DNA of 64,000 nucleotides from Marsupella aquatica (GCA_973895155.1 OZ316898.1:12985659-13049658), one strand, 5' to 3'. Shown: positions 25,484 to 38,793, numbered from the stretch's first letter. The notes: generated from the sequence alone by a model not told the origin. Made by a program: numbers and translations.

Positions 25484-27786
25484 TTTCTTGGATGCTGAAG
25501 TTCTTGGCGGCTAGAATTCGGCTGCTACCGAACTCTTGAATGATTCTGTTGTGCACAGACCTTTTAGCTCATGCTAAGTATTCTCGAATTGCAGGGGGCC
25601 TCATCTTGGGGCCAGAAATGTTACCAATAACTGAAAACAAGAGCAAGAGAAAAAGCAAGGCTCAAAAGCAAGCTATTCAGCCATAATGTGTCTCTGCTGA
25701 ATTCCCGATGTCAAACATGCCATCATCAAGCTTCAGGCTTACTACAACGGGAAAGAGGTTGGAAGAGCCAGGCGGACAAACAGTCTCTGGTGATAAACGG
25801 GAAACGGAAATAGAGAAAGACCTACAGACAGGCAGTCAATCAGAGGATAAAAAACCTTTGTCCTGGAGAGCACAGTAATGGCGTCACAGTTCAGAATAAG
25901 AGATGCATTCGATTGCAACACTGAGACAGAGAGAGAAAGAGAGAGAAAGTGCAACTGAATTATGGACGCTCTACGCACCCACCCAGGTATACAATTCTGC
26001 CCCCATGAGAGCGGTGAGGCAGAGGCAAAGAAGTTAAAACCTAACCGACTTCTCCGGTTCCCTGGTACAACAGGAAGTCCACTACATTTGAACAATGTGA
26101 AACCTGACTTTTTTTAACATCTGACTATCCACTCCTTGTATTGGGATATTCAACGGGTCTCTCAAGGAAACCAGACTCCTCCGGCCTTTCGATATCCCTC
26201 CACGCATCACACGGTACCTTATTCTACGATCCAGAATCTCAAAACAATGGCGACATCATTCCGACTCCACTAAAACTGCAAGATGCCTGCAATTTCGATA
26301 ACAAAACTCGCCTTTCCGAATGTGGGTCTGTCCTGTCTTACAACAAAACTAACAACCCTTTCCCCACCTTTTCTTAGCCAAAGTGAGAGCCCAACGTCCT
26401 TAAATTTCATGAAGTCGTCCCTTCCCTCTCTACGCAAGAACAAGGTGCAAGGACATCACTCGTAACGGACGTAATCATACAAACAGGTCCTTGGGGTAGG
26501 GGACGCACTGCCTCCTCTGTCAATCCCTGTAGCCCACAGTCCAAACCTTTGTCCCGATGAGAGCATCAGCTGGTGTGAATGCATGCTTGGTCCAATCGCT
26601 GGACTTATTAACCCCAGGCGGTGGCGAGCTTATAGTGTGCCTGAGTTCCAGTAACTGGAAGTTCACAAACGTCTCGCTAGCTTCCGTGCCTTTCACAGTC
26701 ATGGTGCAGCACCTGGCAATGTGAATGGAACTCGTCATCACATTTTTACTCCTACAACCCCCGACGTTTGGCCTGCAATCCGTTACGTTGCGATACTTGA
26801 GCTAACAGCGGCGAAGTTGGCCTGATAACAGTGGTTGCATTCACACTACGTGATTCCCTCATCGGGTCCGTGAACGGGACCACATAAGGCGAATGCGGTA
26901 GCTCGGCAGAACAAGCTCCAGTGTAAATTTGGGGAAACCACAATTCGAATGTGAGTTAGCTCACAAAAGACAGCATGTGCTTGAGCTCTTTTCATTCTTG
27001 TGCGTCAGTCTCTACAGCACAGCCAGCATTTGGAGCTAATAACAGCAGTACTGACCATACAGCCAATGAATTCGAGCTGGATGAAGTCCCTGTTGTCATT
27101 TGCTTCACGAGGCTCGAAGATAAAAGTGGTCAAATTCAGGGACTCCATTGGCCCCATTTGCCTTCCAGCGGATGGATTGAGCAGGATGACACAAAATCAT
27201 ACGGCAAAACCGGGCGATGCTCACCTTCTTTATTTCGGAACTCAAATCTTCAATCCCCATGTCTCCCATTCAACCAACGATGAACTTGTTCTTGAAGAAG
27301 ACCAAATGTGAATGCAATTCATGAAAGTAGACATTACAGAATACAGATGCTGTGCTGACCAGTTTCAAGAGTTGCACTCATATCTCATATCCCAGGGAAT
27401 CTGGAACCTCGAAACAATGGGATTGCGCGAACGAGGACAGCCCAGCCAAATTGCTCATCAGGAATGATTGTGGCAAGCAATGTATGGAGATTCAAGCTCG
27501 GACGTCAGCATCAGGTCCAGCTCGAAAGCTGGTTTGCTTTGATATGCAACATCCCGACTCCTCTGTTTTAAATAGTCACAAGTTGGGGATCAAAAGTATA
27601 GATATTTATTACTAAGAAAGCCGGAAAAGTACAATGGAGGGGACAATTTTTTAAGGGTTTTAGGGAGGGGATGCTAAGAATGTTCTTTATCAGTTTTTCC
27701 TCCATTACATATTTATATTCCTAGGGACAGATATCCTTAGATTTTAGGACACATCCCTTGATTTAAGGATGGCCCTTAGATTCTGG

Positions 27787-27917
27787 CAAATGGGTCCATG
27801 ATTTGGTGGGAAAGTGGCTAATAGCATACAAAGAATCTAGAGAATTTAGCCAAATGGGTCCATGATTTGGTGGGAAAATGGCTAAAGGCATACAAAGAAT
27901 CTAGAGAATTTAGCCAA
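27787..27917 (+). repeat. Tandem duplication, ~63 bp unit
   Basis: CAAATGGGTCCATGATTTGGTGGGAAARTGGCTAA..GCATACAAAGAATCTAGAGAATTTAGC twice. Confidence 0.85.
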
Positions 27918-30659
27918 AAGTGGCGAACTCTTTTTGGGGACGTAGAATTTGGTGAAAATTTGCACCTAAAAAATACCCCTGCAATGGAGTACAAGCAAAA
28001 GATTTAGACTCTGTGCAAAAAACAGGAGCAAAGCACAATAAAGTGAGGAAAAATGAAAACCAATCTGCAAACTATGGCCATATGTCCCTATGGATGGGCA
28101 AACTGAAAAGCCTGGTAAAACTCATGGGTAAAGTCCATAGGAGTTTCCGGAGGAGGAAGCTGGCTAGAATTCCTAAATCTAACTGCCCTCTCACCTCTTC
28201 AAGAAATTTCAAAAGAGGTCTAGAGATGACAAACACCAAATTTGAAAGAATAAGGGAACTGTAAACCCCAAAAACCTAGATAGTGGACAACTGCAATGAC
28301 AAAGTCTAGAGTGTAAGGGTGTGATGTGCTAAGTGGTCCACATATAGTGTCATAACTAAGTTTGCAAGTGACACAAGGATGTCATATTCATTATTAGGGC
28401 CATCCCGTTTCCCCACAAAATATAAAATAAGTATCACAATTCTGAACCTGCCGGACACTATACGTTAGAGTGTTTTTGAGCTCAAACTAATTTTGTGATG
28501 TAAAATGTTAAGAATAGTTAATGTAAACACTGATTTCCAGTGTAGAAACGGGTTTGAATACTAATTAAACAACAACAGAGTAATGTTTTTGTGTTGCGCT
28601 ATTTACTGGAAGGGCACTACAGTAAATTTGGAGATTCTAGCAAAAGCATTTGCAATTGAAAATTGCTCCTTCCTGTTGGAGTCATTGTTGGATGATATCA
28701 AAGGAATAGTTATCCCAAGGAGTCACCCTAGCTCTCATTATAAAGTGCAAAGGTTCAGTTTTCACTAGGAATGGGCTTGGGCTCCATCTTTTGTGGTGAG
28801 TACACTGTTCACCATAGGACAGAAATGAGCAATAGCACAGCAAATGGGGATTTTATATGGGCAGGTGTGGTTAAACAGCGATTTAGATCTGATAAAAACT
28901 GACTGAGAAACTTGAAGAAATCTCTGACCAGTCCAATAGTTTATATAGCATGTTCATCCTGGCACATGCTTTGTTTTTTTGTCTTGTAGTGATATGTGTA
29001 AATGATCTATTTTGTTTACAATAAAATACAATAGTAGAAGTATAGTATATGCAAAGAAAATAATATCTTTTAACAATGAGTGGGATACAAGCATAGAAGT
29101 AGGGCACAAGCAAAGGAAAAAGGTACACATACTCCCTTGCCTAAGGTAATGACAATCAATTCAATCAAAACCATAAGTTTAGGAAAACAAATCATGGGGG
29201 AGTCTTAAGAACTAGGTGTCCGCACCCCTCTGATTCATTTCTCTAGCTCATGAGAACAAGTAAACTTCTTCTCTCAATATAAGTTTAAATAGAGGTGAAA
29301 TTTATGCTTAGGATAACAAAGATTAAAAAGTGAGGAGGGGTGTCAAGTTGAACTCAAAATACTCTAGAACAGCAAAAAATTAGGGCAAAAATTCATTCCT
29401 AATATATATAACACAAATGATACACCTAGAAAAGGCACATTGAAATAAAAATATATCACTGAAAATATGAATAAGATAAAAGTTTGAAAGGTGGATTCAC
29501 CATTCACTTTCTTCTTAAATTTATTAGTTTACTTCCTAACTTAGTTTTTTACTTAAGCCAAGTTTATTACTCACATGATCATTATACAAAAATCATTGTG
29601 CCCCAAATTTGTAATGTTCCTACTATGGCATTGTCAATTGTTACTAGTACATACATAGCATTGTCCACAGCCCCTGGAAACACATTGGACGCTTTAATTC
29701 CAGTGCCCACCATTTTTTCTGAAGGCCTTCAGCCATTCCTGTGTTCCTTTGAGGCACTGTAGATGCTGAAGCAGAAAGCTGTCACTTGAAAGCCACTTGT
29801 AAACACTGTTCATAATCACAAATTTTCTAGATTGTTGTTTTTGAAAACACCCAACTTCATGCTCAATGTGAAGATCATGAGGATGAGGATGAATGTTAAA
29901 AAGTTGGCTTTTACTGTGTTTTGGTTGAAGGGCATTGTGGGATGTAGTTATGCCCCCAAAATGAGGGTTTTAGCCCAAGTTCGAGTTTTGAAATCTCAGG
30001 ATATTAAACTAAATACACAAAGATTTCCTGGCAACATTGAATGTGTGTTGTTGTATTTTCCTTTCGGTTTTACAGACTCAAACTTTGCTATTTTGAGTCA
30101 TATATACTTTAGATTGATGGGTCAATGCCTAATTCACTCCTCAAAGCAAGGTGTGTACTTTAGCCCAACTGTATGCAGAATTTTCTTTTGAAAGAGGCAC
30201 AGAATAGAGTGGTTGGGTTAGCCGTCCCCCTTCTATGAATAATTATCAACATGGATTAGAATTGAAAGTTACTTAGTGCCCAGATGCTGAAGCTACCAAA
30301 ATTGTTACTGGAAAGCAAACCATGGGTATGCAATTGCACGGATAGAAAGGGGGGTAGAAATATTTACCCATGCATAAACCTCTGGAGAATACTTGATGGA
30401 AATAGCAGACTAAACCACAAAACTGTGTGTGGTTGGGCATACCTTTAGCAGACTGGCTGCCCAATCCAGCTTGAGTGAGCAATGATGAATATATTGTGGG
30501 CACCCCTGGCAAACCTCACTACAGTGGCTTGTTCAATGGCGGGTGACGCCCCAATTATTACTACCTTCAAACCATTGTTCTTCTGCTTGGTCACTGATTA
30601 AATTCATTTCTTCATGATCCAACTTTAAGAAGCTTGTTGAATACCTAGCTAGCTGATTA

Positions 30660-31204
30660 TGTTGAGTAAATGAATGCTATTTAAGGACAGCATGCACATG
30701 TGCTCGTACATCTAACACACCTTGCCAATGAACACACAAGTAATCCGGGAAGTAATCAACACACGAGATATATGGTTCACCGCTCTAGAGACTTCAATCA
30801 CTGACAGGAACAGTACACAAGAGAGTTTTATTGAACTCCATCTCACCCGACCATATCGAGTCTTCATATACTAAATGTTGGAATTTTCAACAGCATGGAC
30901 CTGGTAGGAATTGAACCTAGGATCTTGTGTACATCGTCGTGCTCTACGTACTACCACTGTAGCTGCTCTACTACCACTGAGCTACAGGGCTGTCATGTCT
31001 ACATCCATCATCAATTTGAATGTGGTTCATTTCCAGCATTAAGCTCTTGTTACCTCTTCGATGACACCATAACCATGAGCCTACATTTCACTCATTGGCT
31101 AAGTGTTTATAGTGAATATATTAATGACACCTCTAACCTTAATTAACCAAGTAACTTACTATGGTTAGACTAATTGTGGCGACATAGTAACTCTAGACCC
31201 AACA
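30660..31204 (-). mobile_element. Old solo LTR related to the copia LTRs, interrupted by a nested tRNA-derived insert
   Basis: Starts TGTTGAG and ends GTAACTCTAGACCCAACA. Shares GAGATA..TGGTTCACC and ACACAAGAG..TTTA with the LTR at 41179-41523. The flanks (GATTA / GAGAA) do not form a clean TSD. Confidence 0.55.
30876..31038 (-). mobile_element. tRNA-derived short element (SINE-like or TRIM-type mini-LTR)
   Basis: The minus strand of 30990-30897 reads GCCCTGTAGCTCAGTGGTAG...CCTAGGTTCAATTCCTACCAGGTCC (A box and B box), with an internal duplication and no valid anticodon arm. It is bounded by TGTTGGAA...TTCCAGCA. Confidence 0.6.
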
Positions 31205-31437
31205 GAGAATGCCCAGCACATTGATCCCCGTCTCTCTAGAACAAGTGGCTCAAACAACAATCAATCCAAGCTCCAATGTGTGCAATTGTAGTGATAAGAA
31301 CATGAGTTACTAGCTTCACTTCTGCACTAAGCAAAGGAACACATAAGCTCAATGGGAGTAGCCCAATCCTGCCCCCACAATCCTCTGTCCCATTCCCAGT
31401 GAGCAGACATCCCACGCCTTACTTTAATTTTATGAAC

Positions 31438-31565
31438 AGGGAATAGAGATTTCTAGCAAGTTAGGCATAACTTAATTCTGTGAAGAGGGAATAGACACTC
31501 CTACCAAGTTATGCATAACTGAATTCTCCTAACTGGGAATAGAGATCACCACCAAGTTATGCACA
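31438..31565 (+). repeat. Tandem repeat, ~48 bp unit, ~2.7 copies
   Basis: GGGAATAGAS....WSCAAGTTAKGCATAACTKAATTCT recurring. Confidence 0.7.
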
Positions 31566-32419
31566 GTAGTAGTCGTGTGAAGCATCCACAAATCCATATT
31601 CCCCTCTAGCCTATTGCTACTATAAAATAATGCTCCAATCCTACGAAACTATAGTAGATAGGCAGTTGCTCCTCTGCATGTCTCTGCAGGATTGAGCATC
31701 TTCTTCTTGTCTAGGAAAGCTCATTCGAAGCTTCCTTTGCTTATGAATGTCCACAAGGGGTATTGGTGTGCTGTGTCCAGATGCTCTGTAAGATACTGTG
31801 CTTGTTCTCCTAAAGCTGCTTGGCCAAACACAATGCCCTGTCCTCAAATGCAAGGCCCGGGCACTCTATTATTTGGTTATGCTATTTCAGGTTTTGCTCC
31901 TATTGCTTTGTTGCCTCAATGATGGCAATTTAAATATTATTTGTCTTTCTTTCTGCTGCCAATATTTCTTGTCAGGAGACCTTGCTTTTGCTTTTTTGGG
32001 GGAAGATGGTCAATAATAAATTACATTTGTAAGCTTTAGAGAATCCTAACCTGTCATCCCCGGTTTCAAATAACAGTTGAATTTATTTTTAAAGTTTTTG
32101 CCTGCCTTAGTTTCCATTATTATTCCCAACTTTGAAGTTAACCCAAGAGGACGACAAAAACTTCCATCAGTGAAGCACATGCTACTATCCAACTACCATG
32201 CACACGATTGTGATACTTTGGGGAGCTCTGTTGGGATTTAAAACCATAAAGTTTTTGCCTTACATAATATTCAAGACAAATGGTAACTTTGAGGCCCAAA
32301 ATGAGCCTCTGATACACATTTGCAGCCTATTGCCCACCTTTTTCCACTTTCACAGTTTTTCTAAGTGTGACTAGGGGGTGATTGAACCCCACTTTTGGGA
32401 GGGGTGAATGAGAAAATCA

Positions 32420-32492
32420 ATCGACACCAGCAGGATTCAGACCCGAGACCTGCCCAGCCCCACTGAGCTCTTCTACCAACCAGCCTGGGGGC
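32420..32492 (-). mobile_element. Degenerate tRNA-like/SINE head
   Basis: Minus strand CCCCCAGGCTGGTTGGTAGAAGAGC...TCGGGTCTGAATCCTGCTGGTGTC resembles A/B boxes with tRNA-like spacing. Confidence 0.35.
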
Positions 32493-33404
32493 AGCCGGTG
32501 ACCATGATTATTTGCACCCAGTATTTAACTTTATAACAACGTCAGAAAAAGCATGCAGCTTGATATTGGCTAATCAATGCTAAATGTTGACATTAATATT
32601 AAGAGAGCTGGCCTTTGCTTTACCACTTAAACATTAAGACATACTAGCCTGAGTACTAGCCTGAGTGAGTGAGCTTAGTAGTGTAGATGGTGAGAGTAGT
32701 CCTTCCTGTTGTAAGCTCCTCCACCCTTCGAGTAGATGTGTCCCATGATCTAGAGTTTCACTCTTATCTTAGCTTCATTCACCCTTTATTAGATAGATAA
32801 CAACCTACAAATTATTATTATAACCATATTGAATATTTTATTATTAATTGAGCTGTACTAATTGTCTTCAACTTTGCTGCAGGACAAAAAAACAAAATGT
32901 GTTGTTGTCCCTGCCCTGCTATATTCGGGAGCCCTTTTTATTCAATCGAGATCTCGCTAAAATTTACCAAAACTAAAAAGGCTGCTACCAACTTCAAATC
33001 AGTAAATGGCTGAGTCTTCCGTCATCATCGCTTCCATCACTGATCACTCTCCACTATGACCCGCAGTAGTGTATTCCATCACTATGACGCCACAGTACTA
33101 TATATGACCAAAGCAGACATGATCATGCTCACCAGTCCTGATGACGTGTCTTGAGGATAATTATCATACCCAAGTCAAACTTTTGTGTAGTCTTTACATA
33201 GTTTACAATGCAGGAATCGTGCCCAAAAAATAAACAGTGGATGGGTGCAATTTTTAATATTTTCCAAGGTTGAACTTTTCGGTTCTTTGGTCTTTCTCCC
33301 TAGTTTTCTGCCCTTTATTAAGAAAAAGGTCCATCCAAAGAGGACAAACACCAAACACTAAAAAAGTGACAAATTCAGACTCACGTTTATTGGGTCTCAT
33401 GCAT

Positions 33405-33860
33405 TTGGAAAATTATGCTCCCATGGAATCATGCGACCCCATGGACCCTGACACCTTTTACACTTTCACTCATTGACACACTTCTTGTTTCCAATAAGTT
33501 TTCAATTGCAAACTTCCACCTTCACGATCTCCCTTGATATTACACGGGATTGGCTTTTTGTGGGCTAGTTGGAAGCAATTTGGAAGGATATTTCCAACCA
33601 GTTCAATACCTCTCATTTTCATGAAGAATTGGGAGAGTTGTGAATTTGTAATGACTACTCTGCCACTCACTGTCCACACTTTGAGCTTTCTAATTTATGA
33701 GCAACTAACCTTGACATTCAGTATCTTCCTTGACATTCACTGGAAACCACTTTCTTGGGTTATCTAGAAACTTTTTGGAAATATCTTTCCAATGACACTA
33801 ATATTGCCAAGATTGATTGAAAACTGAGAGGCCTAAAAATTTCCAAAGATTACTATCTTG
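33405..33860 (+). repeat. Interspersed repeat (non-autonomous element), homologous in inverse orientation to ~62380-62855
   Basis: TATGCTCCCATGGA..ACCCCATGGACC.TGACACC and TTGGA..ATATTTCCAAC.AGTT.AATA..TTTTCAT..TTG.GAGAGTT.TGAATTT match the reverse complement of 62795-62852 and 62629-62695. Confidence 0.6.
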
Positions 33861-34269
33861 CACTCTGGGAGAATGCCTTTAGTTGGTAAATTTGTTTGTT
33901 TGTTTTTTTATAATTTTGTTTGTTTTTTTAATATTTTTAGTTAGGCAAATCCACCTTTAAGAAAAGTTTTATGTTGTATAATAGTTCTGCAATTTCTTGT
34001 GGCAGGAGGGTGCAAACAAATTGTCTGCATTACTTTCATATTGAGCAGAACTGATTAAAGTTGAGGAAAACCCTTTTATAAATACAAATCTTGTTTGGAA
34101 ACACTTAACAGTGAAAGATTCCTTGAAAATTTATGATCAAAGTTTACAATCCAATCCGAGCTTAATGTCAAACTAAATTAGTTTAGGAATATAACACAAT
34201 TATTTTATAATGATTCAGAGCTAGAATGTGTTATTTGACTTGAGCAATCAATGTGTTATTCTTGCACCT

Positions 34270-37200
34270 GCTCAACGGTTTCCTAGGCTAGCGGTGGCGC
34301 CGTTTCTCGACCTGATGCGGTGGGCTCTCTCCATCGCCTCCCCTTTCTTTTCACATGCCTCGGTTGGGTCTTTTGTCGCTTCTTGATGCGTTTTTGCTTT
34401 TATCGGGTTGCGGCCTGTCATGTCTACGTTGAGAGTGTTGGCGCGGGGCAAGCGCCCAACCCCACCCCACACTTCTCCCCCGTCCTCCCCTCCCCCTCGT
34501 GGCCGTCTTCGTGTTTGCTCTTCTTCACTGGATCTCTCTCATCTTCGTGATGATCCCATGCCCGATGCTCTGCCAGTCCCCCCCGTCTACTGCCCACCCC
34601 ATCGTCGCCCTGGCTCCTCTCCCCACCCCATTCCCCCTCCACCCATTCATCATCCTCCTTCGGCCTCCTCGTCCACATCTGTTCCACCCCCACCTCCTGT
34701 CCAGTCTTTCCCTGCTCCCTCCCCGGACGAGCGTCCCCTGCATACTTGTCCTGACTGTGGATGGGTTGGCATCTCCCTCCCTCATCATCGCGGGCGGGGC
34801 CGGTGCCATCGTCGCCAGCAAGCACAATCCCAGCCTCAGCCCCCTATTGACCCGGTTAGCTCTGCCCCTCCCTCCTTGGAGGCTCCCGAGCAGGCATGGA
34901 GTTGGGTTCGCACTCTAGACCCCCTTCCAGCCTACCATCCAGGGTACATTAGACCTCGCCTTTATAACCACATTCCTCTGGCGCTGCGCCCTATAGTTCG
35001 GTCCTCCTTGTTGCAACTCATGCAGCTTATCTTGGCGCATCCTATGGAGGTCTCCTATTGGTCTTTACTGATGTTTTTACCACAGTGGACTCTTACCCTC
35101 CCTAGTCATGGTGGTCGTGTGGGTCACCGTGAGACTGCCTCTCGTATCCATCGTTTTTTGCGGGGAGATTGGGAGCAGCTTCAGGAAGAGTACTTTCTTC
35201 GCGCCCGGTCTTTTACCGCCCGTGCTTTGTCTGACCCAACTCGCCACTCTCATCCCCCTGAGCATAGACGTCTTCGTCGCTCTTGTCGTTTAGCCCAGGC
35301 TGGTGAATATCGTCGGGCTGTCCAGGCCCTTTCTCCCACCACACCAGCCCCCCCCTGGCGAGGTCACCTCGTTGGCCCTTCAGGATCTCCATCCGCAGCC
35401 CCATGATCAGCTCCCTTTGTTTGTCGAAGATTTTGAGCCTGAGGAGGATCTTCAGTTTAGTAGGGACCACTTCACCTATGCCTTCCTCCATGCCCCGCGT
35501 TGTTCTGCTGGTGGCCCCTCCGACTATGTCTTTGAGCATTTTCGTGATTTATTCCCCCCTGAGGATCCTCAGTTTGGTTTTCCAGTTTTCTTCTCCTTTT
35601 GCCAGTGTATTGCAGCCGGTCGTTTGCCTCCTCCCGTCTCTCGGCTCTTGAGTGCTTCTCGTTTATTGGCCATGGCTAAGTCTTCACCGGGTGTTCGGCC
35701 AATTGCTATTGGGGAGGTTTTTCTTCGTCTTGTGTCTCGCACACTTTCCTCACAGTTTCGCTCTGCACTATCGGATCATCTCTCTCCACATCAGTTTGCA
35801 GTTGGCGTTCCTGGCGGTTGTGAGACGGTTATTGCGGGTATTCGAGCTACATTGGACCTCCACCCTGATTGGGTTGTCCTCCAGGTTGATGTCTCTAACG
35901 CTTTTAATACGGTTTCTTGGGCAGCCATTTTTCGTGCTTTGAGGGCGGCGGATCCAGACATCCAGTCCCTGATCCCCTTTGTCCGTTGTTTTTATGGACT
36001 CGAGGCCCCACTCTTCTATAGTCATCACTCCTCTACAGGTGTGTATACCACTCTTTCCTCTGCAGAAGGTACACGTCAGGGTGACCCTTTGGGTGGGCCT
36101 CTTTTTGCCATTGCCCATTTTACAGCTTTACGGGAAGCTGCCATGGCCCACCCCCAGTGTATCTTCCCCTCCCTTTCAGATGACACCCACATCATTGGTC
36201 CTCCTGCCGCGGTTACTTCTGCCCTCGCCACTCTTTCCACCCATTTGATGGGCCTCGGTTTACGAGTTCAGCCTGTGAAGAGTCGTGCATGGAGTCCAGC
36301 TGGGTTACCCTCTGATCTTGTGCTTCCCCCAGGGTTCTTACGTCCAGCCGATGGTCTTCGGGTCCTTGGCTCCCTAGTCGGTACCGCCTCCTTTTGCTCA
36401 TCTTTCATCGCTGACTCTATACAGGCTGCCTTAGCCCATACTCCTATGCTCCCTAAGTTAGCAAATTCTCAGGCAGCATTTGGGATGTTGTTGAGGTGCA
36501 TCCACCCTCATGCGTCTTATCTGGCTAGGACGCATCCCCCTATCGAGGATCTTTGTCTCCACCTTTGAGCATTTGATGTCTCCATTCGTCAGACCCTGGC
36601 CTCTCTTTTAGGTCCGGGTACGTTGCTCTCATCTCCGTGGCTTCATCGACAACTCAGTCTTCCTATCTCGCAGGGTGGTTTTGGGCTTACTTCCATTGAG
36701 AGCCTTGCACCTTTGGCCTTTTTGGGTGCATGGGCGGCCGCCTTCTCGTTGTTGGCCGATCGTTTTCTTATTGAGGATCGCCCTTTTTTACTTTCATCTC
36801 TCATGGAGGTAGAGGAGGGTTCCCTCCCGTTTCAGGTTCATTTGCGCACAGCGCGGTCCTCATTACCAGATCCCGTTCGTGCCGCGTTACCTTCTTTCCA
36901 GGAGTTTTTATCCTTGGATCCCGTTCGTCTTCAGGCAGACCTCGCTGGGCGTATGCACACTTTCACCCTTTCCAGCATCCTCTCCGAGGCACCTGACACA
37001 GACCGAGCTCGGATTCTTTCTTCTGGAGGGAAGGGCGCAGGTGGATGGCTTCAGGCCAATCCAGTCATTCCTCATTTGCGGATGTCTTCAACGGTGTTCT
37101 CCACAGCCATGCGTCTTCGTCTGGGGCTGCCCCACCCACTTCTTGCAGGTTTACCTCCTTCTTGCACTTGTGGGAAGCCTTGTGATGCCACAGGTGTCCA

Positions 37201-38050
37201 TCTTCTTCGGTGCAGTTTGGGAGGTGAAACCATTATTGTTCACGACGCTGTGCGAGATGCGACTGCTCAGGTTCTCTCTGGCTCTTTGGTATGCGTGCGG
37301 TGGGAGGTGGTACTCGAGTTACCTGGTCCTCCATCACAGCGGTTACGGGTGGATCTTACCATGGTCCGTGAGGGTCAACGTACTTTGGCAGATGTTGTGG
37401 TGGCAAACCCATTGCGCCAAGACATCATTGGGACAGCGGCAACTACGGCAGGGGCAGCAGCGTCACGTGCGGCAACAACGAAGGAGGCCAAATATGCTGC
37501 ACGAGCTTCATCCGACAGCTTCCTCCCCCTTGCTGTGGAGCTATTTGGGCGTCTTCATCCTCAGTTTGATGGGCTTCTTCGGCAAGCTGCCCGGGATGTT
37601 CATGGCCGAATGGGTCCCACCGGACCCCCGCTTTCTATTTTGACCACGCATTTTTGCCAACGCATTTCAGTCACCTTACAGCGTGCTCAAGCTCGGGCCA
37701 TCTATCATCGATCTCTTACAGTGGGTGCTAGTGTGCCTCCGCAGTGGCTAGCTCCCCTTGAGGATGTTCCAATCCCACTTGCCGATCTAGTTTTGACTCT
37801 TGATGTGGACCATTAGCTTTTTGCACAATCAGTAGGAATGATGAGGACCTCGGTCCGCTTGGGTTAGTTTTAGTCTCTCTCTCTTTCTTGGTTTTTAGGG
37901 GTTCCCTATTGTTCATTTCTTACTTTTAGTTCCTCTTTCTTGGTGTTTAGTGGTTCCCTTTTGCTCACTTCTTTTTCGATTGGTTTTGTCCACTTGGGCC
38001 CTCTTTTGTTTGTTCATTTGTACTCTGTTTGGTCCCTTTGTATATAAAAA
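34270..38050 (+). mobile_element. CRE-type non-LTR retrotransposon (single ORF: Zn finger, RT, CCHC, restriction-like endonuclease); ORF 34420-37816 with one frameshift and one nonsense codon
   Basis: N-terminal CPDC..HH..H. RT motifs VRPIAIGEVFLRLVSR, QFAVGVPGGCE, DVSNAFNTVS, GTRQGDPLGGPLF and SLSDDTH. C-terminal CTC..HLLRC, RVDL...ADVVV, KEAKY and FLPLAVELFGRL. +1 frameshift in the C-run at ~35348-35355 and an in-frame TGA at 36566-36568. T-rich 3' UTR ends in TATAAAAA. Termini approximate. Confidence 0.88.
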
Positions 38051-38793
38051 GTGTGTATATTTCTTTTTTCACATCGGAAGATGTTTTGTTACGGGTCCAC
38101 TTAGAGACTCTTGCAAATTTATAAATTCAGAGAAAATTCCACATCATCCATTCATTCTTATCCGTTGGATTTTACTTATCAATGGTGGAGATTGCGCAAT
38201 GTGTCGTATCACTCGTGTGACCATTCAAGACACTCATGTGGCAACCGTGAAGAAAATGTTGGGTTCATTTGCAAGAATGATACACATTCTTTGATGCCAA
38301 ATTTAAACAAAAACTTGGATAGTACTTTGGGTAATAAAATAAGATAACAAGCTAGTCTTAACCATTGATGTTTGTTGATCAATGATGAGAGTTGTGCAAC
38401 GTGGGTTGATGCACAATAAAGTCGCTTGTGTAAAAATTGTCATGTGTGCGAGAATGGAAGTGCGTGCAAGAATAGTAATGTGTGTGAGAAGTATAACGCA
38501 TGCCAAATCTATGCTAGTTGTCACTCAAAAACTGGGAAAGAGTAATTATTAAATATGGGCCAGTAATGTGGGTCAACTAAGTTGCAGCCAAAATCAACAT
38601 GGATCTCTAAAAAAATCATTTTTATTCTACTCAACCAAATGGGATGAACATTCTCTATGGGATAGAGGAAAGCTGGGGGAATCTAGTATTAAAGTTGGAG
38701 CTCAAACTTAGCTCCAAATTGTGAGTTAAAAATATATTGATATGACAATTTTGTCGATCTTAATCCAATCTCAGTTACGCTAAGCCTACTTAA

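Noticed and set aside
26141-27311. Short ORFs upstream of the kinesin, including VKFRDSIGPICLP (trypsin-like) and a box C-like TGATGA
   Set aside because: No catalytic triad motifs, no continuous frame and no matching snoRNA box D or terminal stem; treated as chance.
30897-30990. Functional tRNA gene
   Set aside because: The internal duplication and the lack of an anticodon stem or cloverleaf point to a repeat-derived sequence.
34270-34420. Self-cleaving ribozyme at the CRE 5' end
   Set aside because: CTGATG is not followed by a hammerhead core, and I could not build an HDV fold by eye. A covariance-model search would be needed.
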